A stretch of DNA of 64,000 nucleotides from an uncultured virus (IMG/VR IMGVR_UViG_3300025881_001848). Lineage: Duplodnaviria; Heunggongvirae; Uroviricota; Caudoviricetes. The stretch is taken from IMG/VR virus record IMGVR_UViG_3300025881_001848. One strand, written 5' to 3'. The translations under genes were made by a program, and so were the position numbers. Positions within the stretch are counted from its first letter, which is position 1. Each line of letters begins with the position of its first letter. The notes below the pieces were generated by a model that was not told where the DNA came from, did not search any database, and saw only the letters and a list, made by a program, of their open reading frames with translations. This document shows positions 59,711 to 64,000 of the stretch, in pieces.

Positions 59711-59896
59711 ATGAGTTTTTATATTATTGTTAATAACACCAATATCGACACACTTATTGAGGAGGTGAATCAAAAAGTGGCAGAAGGGTTTGCGCCTCAA
59801 GGAGGCGTTAGTCAAGATCAGGTTACCCTTAATACTCCTAACCCATATTTTAGGCAAGCTATGTTTAGAAAGAGTTACCCACCCTCGTATAGGTAA
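59711..59896 (+). CDS. Small DUF1737-like protein
   Basis: EEVNQKVAEGFAPQGGVS...YFRQAM. Confidence 0.55.
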   Translation: MSFYIIVNNTNIDTLIEEVNQKVAEGFAPQGGVSQDQVTLNTPNPYFRQAMFRKSYPPSYR

Positions 59897-59918
59897 TGAG
59901 CATAACCACCATTGAGGT

Positions 59919-59949
59919 GATAGCGCTGCATTAGTGATGCAGCGCTATC
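59919..59949. terminator. Hairpin between convergent genes
   Basis: GATAGCGCTGCA...TGCAGCGCTATC. Confidence 0.6.
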
Positions 59950-59960
59950 CTGTTATGGTT

Positions 59961-60848
59961 CTATTCGCCCTTACTATTCTCTTTCGCTTCTTCTGAATTA
60001 CTATAACTATAATCCATCAAGCCCTTGAGTGTTTGTGCGCAAATATTGCCCTCATTATACGCTTGTGTTGCCACGCTCTGAATATAAGCTTCTTTGGCTT
60101 TTACATAAGCGTTGTGAGCCTCAATTTCTGTGTCAAAGGAGCCTAAAAATACGGGCTTACTCTTTATACTTAAACTTGATGAGAAGCGCTCTCCATTTTT
60201 AAGTGACTTCACGCCCCGTAAACAACTGCCTTTTGGATAGTTTTTCAAAAGTGAATTTATTTCAGCCGTCACTAAAACACATGTCTCAGGAGAATAATGT
60301 TTATTGCCTTGGATGATGATGTCTTTATCTAGTTCGCAGTATTTACCGGCTAAAGGCTGAGCGTCATACCAGCGTTTAAAATTACTAAACACTAACCACT
60401 CAGGATCGATTGAACATCCTTTATACGTTGGTTTCCAATCGTGCCACGCAGTTGTGAAGCATCTGCGCATCATTTGCTGCCACTTGTTATAGGGTTTATA
60501 GTTGGTTCTTGTTTCAATTTTAGTGCCGTGACCAGGGATGTCGCTGTACCCGAACCCCTTACAAAGATCTCTCCTTACTTCTTGTTCTATAAGCTGTAAC
60601 CCCTCAATTTTACCCATCAAATAGGATGCTTTCGCTGTTTTACCGTCAATTTTAGTGTGCCCTAAATCAACCAGCGCACTTTCTATCTTTTTTGGAACGG
60701 CGTTCAACCAAAAGTTCATCTCTTTTAAGGCTAGCACTACATCAACTTGGCCATCAGCGGTAAATGCCCCAGTTGCCTCAACGGCAGCGTCAATGGGTTG
60801 GTCATAATGCAGTAGTTTAATAATAGGTAGCTTCTTATCTTCTTTCAT
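59961..60848 (-). CDS. Phage HNH-like homing endonuclease-related protein with AP2-like C-terminus
   Basis: W..MMRRC, YKGC..EW..FSNFK.W, LDKDII.GNK.YSPETC..V..EIN, LGSFDTEIEAHNAY. Confidence 0.75.
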   Translation of the reverse strand: MKEDKKLPIIKLLHYDQPIDAAVEATGAFTADGQVDVVLALKEMNFWLNAVPKKIESALVDLGHTKIDGKTAKASYLMGKIEGLQLIEQEVRRDLCKGFGYSDIPGHGTKIETRTNYKPYNKWQQMMRRCFTTAWHDWKPTYKGCSIDPEWLVFSNFKRWYDAQPLAGKYCELDKDIIIQGNKHYSPETCVLVTAEINSLLKNYPKGSCLRGVKSLKNGERFSSSLSIKSKPVFLGSFDTEIEAHNAYVKAKEAYIQSVATQAYNEGNICAQTLKGLMDYSYSNSEEAKENSKGE

Positions 60849-61062
60849 ATCAATCCTTGATAACAATTGTTTAATCCGTTAAGGCAATGGTACTCGAATT
60901 GTTTAAAAAAACCTTTTTGCACCACATAAGGTGCATAGCGTCTCTTTTTAGGGTTATCAGTGCGTTTAGGTGGATAATTAAAGAAATAAAAGATTGACAA
61001 ATTAGTTCATTTTGATAAAATAGGTTTATTGAATTCGCACACACGCACACAAGGTATTTATC

Positions 61063-61986
61063 ATGATTTCTGAAAGAAACGAAACTAGGTATAACGATCA
61101 GCTGGCAGATATAACCAACAACGGTTTACGCACAAAAGCCCAGCAAAAAGATTTCATTTCACGTGTTAATCGTATTCTAGAGGATTTCTATGGTGCGGCG
61201 AATAGGCAGTCGCAAGATATTGCTGATGAACGCAGTGATGTAGAGCGTGACGCTTATTTCAAAATGAAATGGTCTTTGCCTTGCCCCGTGATGGTTCACC
61301 AGTATGACAGTGCTATCAAGAAGTATAAAAAGGCAGCTGAAAAAGATGCTGTGTTTGGGGCATTTGTAACCCACCTTGAATTAGCCGATAAATATGTGCG
61401 TCAAGCGCTAGCGGTTAAAGCAATGAAAGTGACCCCTCGTAAAACGCGATCAGAGACTGAGCGTGAAGCCCATGAAGCACGTTGGAAGAAGTTGCCTAAA
61501 GCGTCTAAAGAAACAGTAGAAGCGATTATATCGTCTGTGACCGCTCCGATTGAGTTGCGTCATGAAAACCGTAAGAGCTTTATGTTATTGACTCGCGAAG
61601 GGATGTTAAAAGAGTTGCGTGCAATCACTTGTAATAAAACGTATTCAGCTCGCAGAAATGAATTGCGTAAAGAGTTTGGTGGAAGCTTGTTTGATTTATT
61701 AAATAGCTCAGTGCTTGATATTGAAAAAGTATTAGATGAGGAACGTCTTGGTGAGTTTCGTAAAATTCGCTACGCAAGCACACAGCGCCTTGGCGAGTAT
61801 GATATTGACTCTGCGGTCAACACCCACATTCAAAGCGGTGCTGATGGTGTAGAGTGTGACTTCAGCCTATTGAAGAACGGTGTTCAAGTAGGTGTATTTG
61901 GATTCAAAGCAATTTTCGCCGGTGGCTACAATATTCAGCGCTTGCATACCCGTACTATTTTCAACGACAAGAAGGTTGGGGCGTAA
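61063..61986 (+). CDS. Hypothetical protein
   Basis: C-terminal AGGYNIQRLHTR; follows promoter 60994 and CACACAAGG. Confidence 0.75.
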   Translation: MISERNETRYNDQLADITNNGLRTKAQQKDFISRVNRILEDFYGAANRQSQDIADERSDVERDAYFKMKWSLPCPVMVHQYDSAIKKYKKAAEKDAVFGAFVTHLELADKYVRQALAVKAMKVTPRKTRSETEREAHEARWKKLPKASKETVEAIISSVTAPIELRHENRKSFMLLTREGMLKELRAITCNKTYSARRNELRKEFGGSLFDLLNSSVLDIEKVLDEERLGEFRKIRYASTQRLGEYDIDSAVNTHIQSGADGVECDFSLLKNGVQVGVFGFKAIFAGGYNIQRLHTRTIFNDKKVGA

Positions 61987-62012
61987 GCCCTCCTGATTAA
62001 GGAACGATTATT

Positions 62013-62423
62013 ATGATCACTAAACGACTTTCAGATCCCGCTGTTGATTTACGTCCTTTCATGGTGCGTAGGTATGACGTAGAGAATTTCGATTCAGCGA
62101 CTCAAAACGTGGATGAGCAAGATGTGCTTTTGCATTATATTGCGAGAGGTGATGGTTTAGGAGGTGGCGAGAGCTTCCCTTACTCTGAATTTAAAATAGA
62201 CAGATATTTTCTTGTGGACTGGGTAAGGCACCAATTCCTAAAGCAGGTGTTTAATGTCACGTTTGACCCGTACTACTTGCGTGATGGCTTACTGCATAAG
62301 AAGTCCAGTGGCTTTGGTGATAAATCGCCTGAGTACGATGTGCCTAAGTGTGTAGTGCGTTTACGTGATGCGATGTTGCAGTGTGATATTTCGAGACGAT
62401 ACAACGATCAAGAGGTGTTCTGA
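62013..62423 (+). CDS. Hypothetical protein
   Basis: AAGGA RBS. Confidence 0.6.
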   Translation: MITKRLSDPAVDLRPFMVRRYDVENFDSATQNVDEQDVLLHYIARGDGLGGGESFPYSEFKIDRYFLVDWVRHQFLKQVFNVTFDPYYLRDGLLHKKSSGFGDKSPEYDVPKCVVRLRDAMLQCDISRRYNDQEVF

Positions 62424-62481
62424 CTATTGTGCCTTGCCCACACTTGTTAATAATTATTGGTATGGGCACGGCAAGATGTTG

Positions 62482-63312
62482 TTATAGTAACGACTCTTTT
62501 AGGCTAGTGAGTCGAGAGGCGAGGGTGCTTAGCTGTTCTTCTTTGTAGTCTGTAAAGCTGGTGTCGTATATTGCTTTTTCATCTACGCCGTTTATACGCG
62601 TCACGGTGGCCGTAAAGACCATGTCATCTCGGTCTTTAGGCGCGTTTCCCCACTCGCCGAATAGGTTGGGGCTTAATTTCCACGTTACTTCTTCCCCAGG
62701 TTCCAACCCGCCTGGGATAGGGTAGTTAAACGTTTCTTCTACCCATGGCACACTGCGCCCTTTAGATATTAATACCCCGTCAAAGTAGGCGCGTGAGATA
62801 GCCTTATCGGTGTTGTTTTTCACGGTGAGTTCAATAATAGCTTCGCTACTATAGTCGGATTCCCTGAAGTAAAAGCGTGATCTAATAACTTCAAATTTTT
62901 TCAATTTATCTTTCGCGTTCATCGCCTCTCTTTTTTCTGCGACTAACTCAGCGATATCGGCTTCAATTTCAGCAATTTCTGAAAAGGCCTGCGTGCGTCT
63001 TTTGGTTTCTCTTTCTGCTAATAAGGCGTTGCCTTGGGTGAGAATTTCGGCAGCTGTTTTACCGTCTAGTTTGGTTTTGATGCTTGCTTTAAAGGCTTCA
63101 GGATCTTTAGCCACTTCAAGTAAATTTCCAGCGCCAGCGAAAATAACCGCTTGGAGTGCTTTATCGAAATGTTCTTGATCGCCTTTGGGCATATTCGCTT
63201 TCATTTCCTCAACCGAGGCTTTCATGGTTTCCTCAGAGTTGGCGTCAATTGTTTTCTCTCCACATGCACTTAATGCGACGATGAAAAATAGGGGTAGATA
63301 GTGTATTTTCAT
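62482..63312 (-). CDS. Lipoprotein (DUF6694-like)
   Basis: Lipobox LSA|C; IDANSEE.MKAS, LDGKTAAEI, GRSVPW, IPGGLEPGE. Confidence 0.75.
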   Translation of the reverse strand: MKIHYLPLFFIVALSACGEKTIDANSEETMKASVEEMKANMPKGDQEHFDKALQAVIFAGAGNLLEVAKDPEAFKASIKTKLDGKTAAEILTQGNALLAERETKRRTQAFSEIAEIEADIAELVAEKREAMNAKDKLKKFEVIRSRFYFRESDYSSEAIIELTVKNNTDKAISRAYFDGVLISKGRSVPWVEETFNYPIPGGLEPGEEVTWKLSPNLFGEWGNAPKDRDDMVFTATVTRINGVDEKAIYDTSFTDYKEEQLSTLASRLTSLKESLL

Positions 63313-63402
63313 TATATTCCTTTACTACGTAGCGTTTGCATCATCATTATTGATTGATGGGGTGATACTAGTATGACAAATTTAATACGGTTTTGACAAG
63401 AC

Positions 63403-63606
63403 TTAGCTGTATGCTGAGCCGACTTGGTGAGGCGCGTTGCTGTTTGTGCACTTGAGGGTGCAGTTAGTCGCTTTTGGGCATCGCTTATTCCCACATTCAC
63501 TGCACAGGTACATTCTGCTGCCAAGAGTCAACCGTGCTTCAATGGTATTTTCACCTTGAGATGCGCTTGCGCTTTCATGCGCATGGTTAAAGCAGCATCT
63601 TCTCAT
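63403..63606 (-). CDS. Small Cys/His-rich hypothetical protein
   Basis: RMYLCSECGNKRCPKATN..LKCTNSN.P.Q.GS.Y. Confidence 0.6.
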   Translation of the reverse strand: MRRCCFNHAHESASASQGENTIEARLTLGSRMYLCSECGNKRCPKATNCTLKCTNSNAPHQVGSAYS

Positions 63607-63968
63607 TCTACTTGTTCCTCCGAGTCCTTATTCCCATATTTAATGTGAAGGAACTGAAGCGTCACAATAGGCATTTGGAACAACAATTCGTCTATATTCT
63701 TGTTGCCTTCAGTGTTCATCGGTAAGCATGAAATATATCTATTCTCTTCAACTTTTATGCTGCATGGAAATGCTAAGCGCTCATTTTCACTTGTGAATCC
63801 CCATTTAGCAGTGACAAAAGGACTGACGGTATGAACTATATACCCTTCTCCCCACCACCCTTCGATATCACAATCTGCCGTCACAATCCATTCATGGAAA
63901 AAATGACCGTGAGTGCCGTTTTCATAAAGCGAATCTATCGCAAGTTCATTTTCATCATTATAGGACAT
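63603..63968 (-). CDS. Hypothetical protein
   Basis: 121-aa ORF. Confidence 0.6.
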   Translation of the reverse strand: MSYNDENELAIDSLYENGTHGHFFHEWIVTADCDIEGWWGEGYIVHTVSPFVTAKWGFTSENERLAFPCSIKVEENRYISCLPMNTEGNKNIDELLFQMPIVTLQFLHIKYGNKDSEEQVE

Positions 63969-64000
63969 GTTTTGTATTACCTGTATTTAACTATCCGCAG

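Noticed and set aside
60870..60910. TTAATCCGT and TACTCGAATTG words shared with the upstream regions of precursors 3 and 4
   Set aside because: Order and spacing differ and no peptide ORF follows; probably chance or a relic
661..61020. Reading the operator as a Fur box or FNR site
   Set aside because: The half-site arrangement TATCA-N3-TGATA differs from Fur (TGATAAT-N-ATTATCA) and FNR (TTGAT-N4-ATCAA), and the targets are not iron or anaerobiosis genes; weak Fur cross-binding cannot be excluded
1..64000. CRISPR array or integron attC array as the explanation for the dispersed repeats
   Set aside because: The repeats are promoter-shaped (-35/-10), irregularly spaced by hundreds to thousands of bases, lack attC GTTRRRY/RYYYAAC ends, and no cas or intI gene is present
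1..64000. Prophage or jumbo-phage call
   Set aside because: There are many phage-like small genes but no terminase, capsid, tail, polymerase or integrase in the window; plasmid versus phage cannot be settled from this window alone

Overview
A 64-kb gene-dense stretch of mostly short, mostly + strand hypothetical ORFs. It reads like the accessory or early-expressed region of a giant plasmid or other large extrachromosomal element from a marine gammaproteobacterium; this is an inference from a VSEP-type PEP-CTERM protein, an MSHA-like pilin, a GGDEF cyclase, extra radA and tmk, and an orphan C5 methylase. No rRNA, tRNA, CRISPR array, replication, conjugation or virion genes were recognised. Main discovery: a C39-peptidase ABC transporter (PCAT) plus an HlyD adaptor at 12.0-15.3 kb, surrounded by four tiny double-glycine-leader peptide genes missing from the ORF track. 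Three of them would release 8-mer SQ[LI]Wxxxx peptides (SQLWGNRR, SQIWDTTD, SQLWRTVT) and share upstream motifs at identical spacing; the fourth would release a Cys-rich 21-mer. This is a candidate peptide signalling or micro-bacteriocin system. Other notable structure: (i) about 24 near-identical GATTGACA sigma70 promoters, most overlapping a TATCA-WWW-TGATA palindrome and often followed by CACACACAAGG at the RBS; (ii) an intergenic two-hairpin RNA at about 20.47-20.58 kb whose loop is the exact antisense of that RBS motif; (iii) a second mini-regulon with the palindrome TCGTGTACACGA; (iv) a TnpA-less IS607-like tnpB element with a small RHH gene, inserted into a NinX/DUF2591-like gene; (v) two proteins built from an unusual Trp/Cys/His repeat of about 48 aa.
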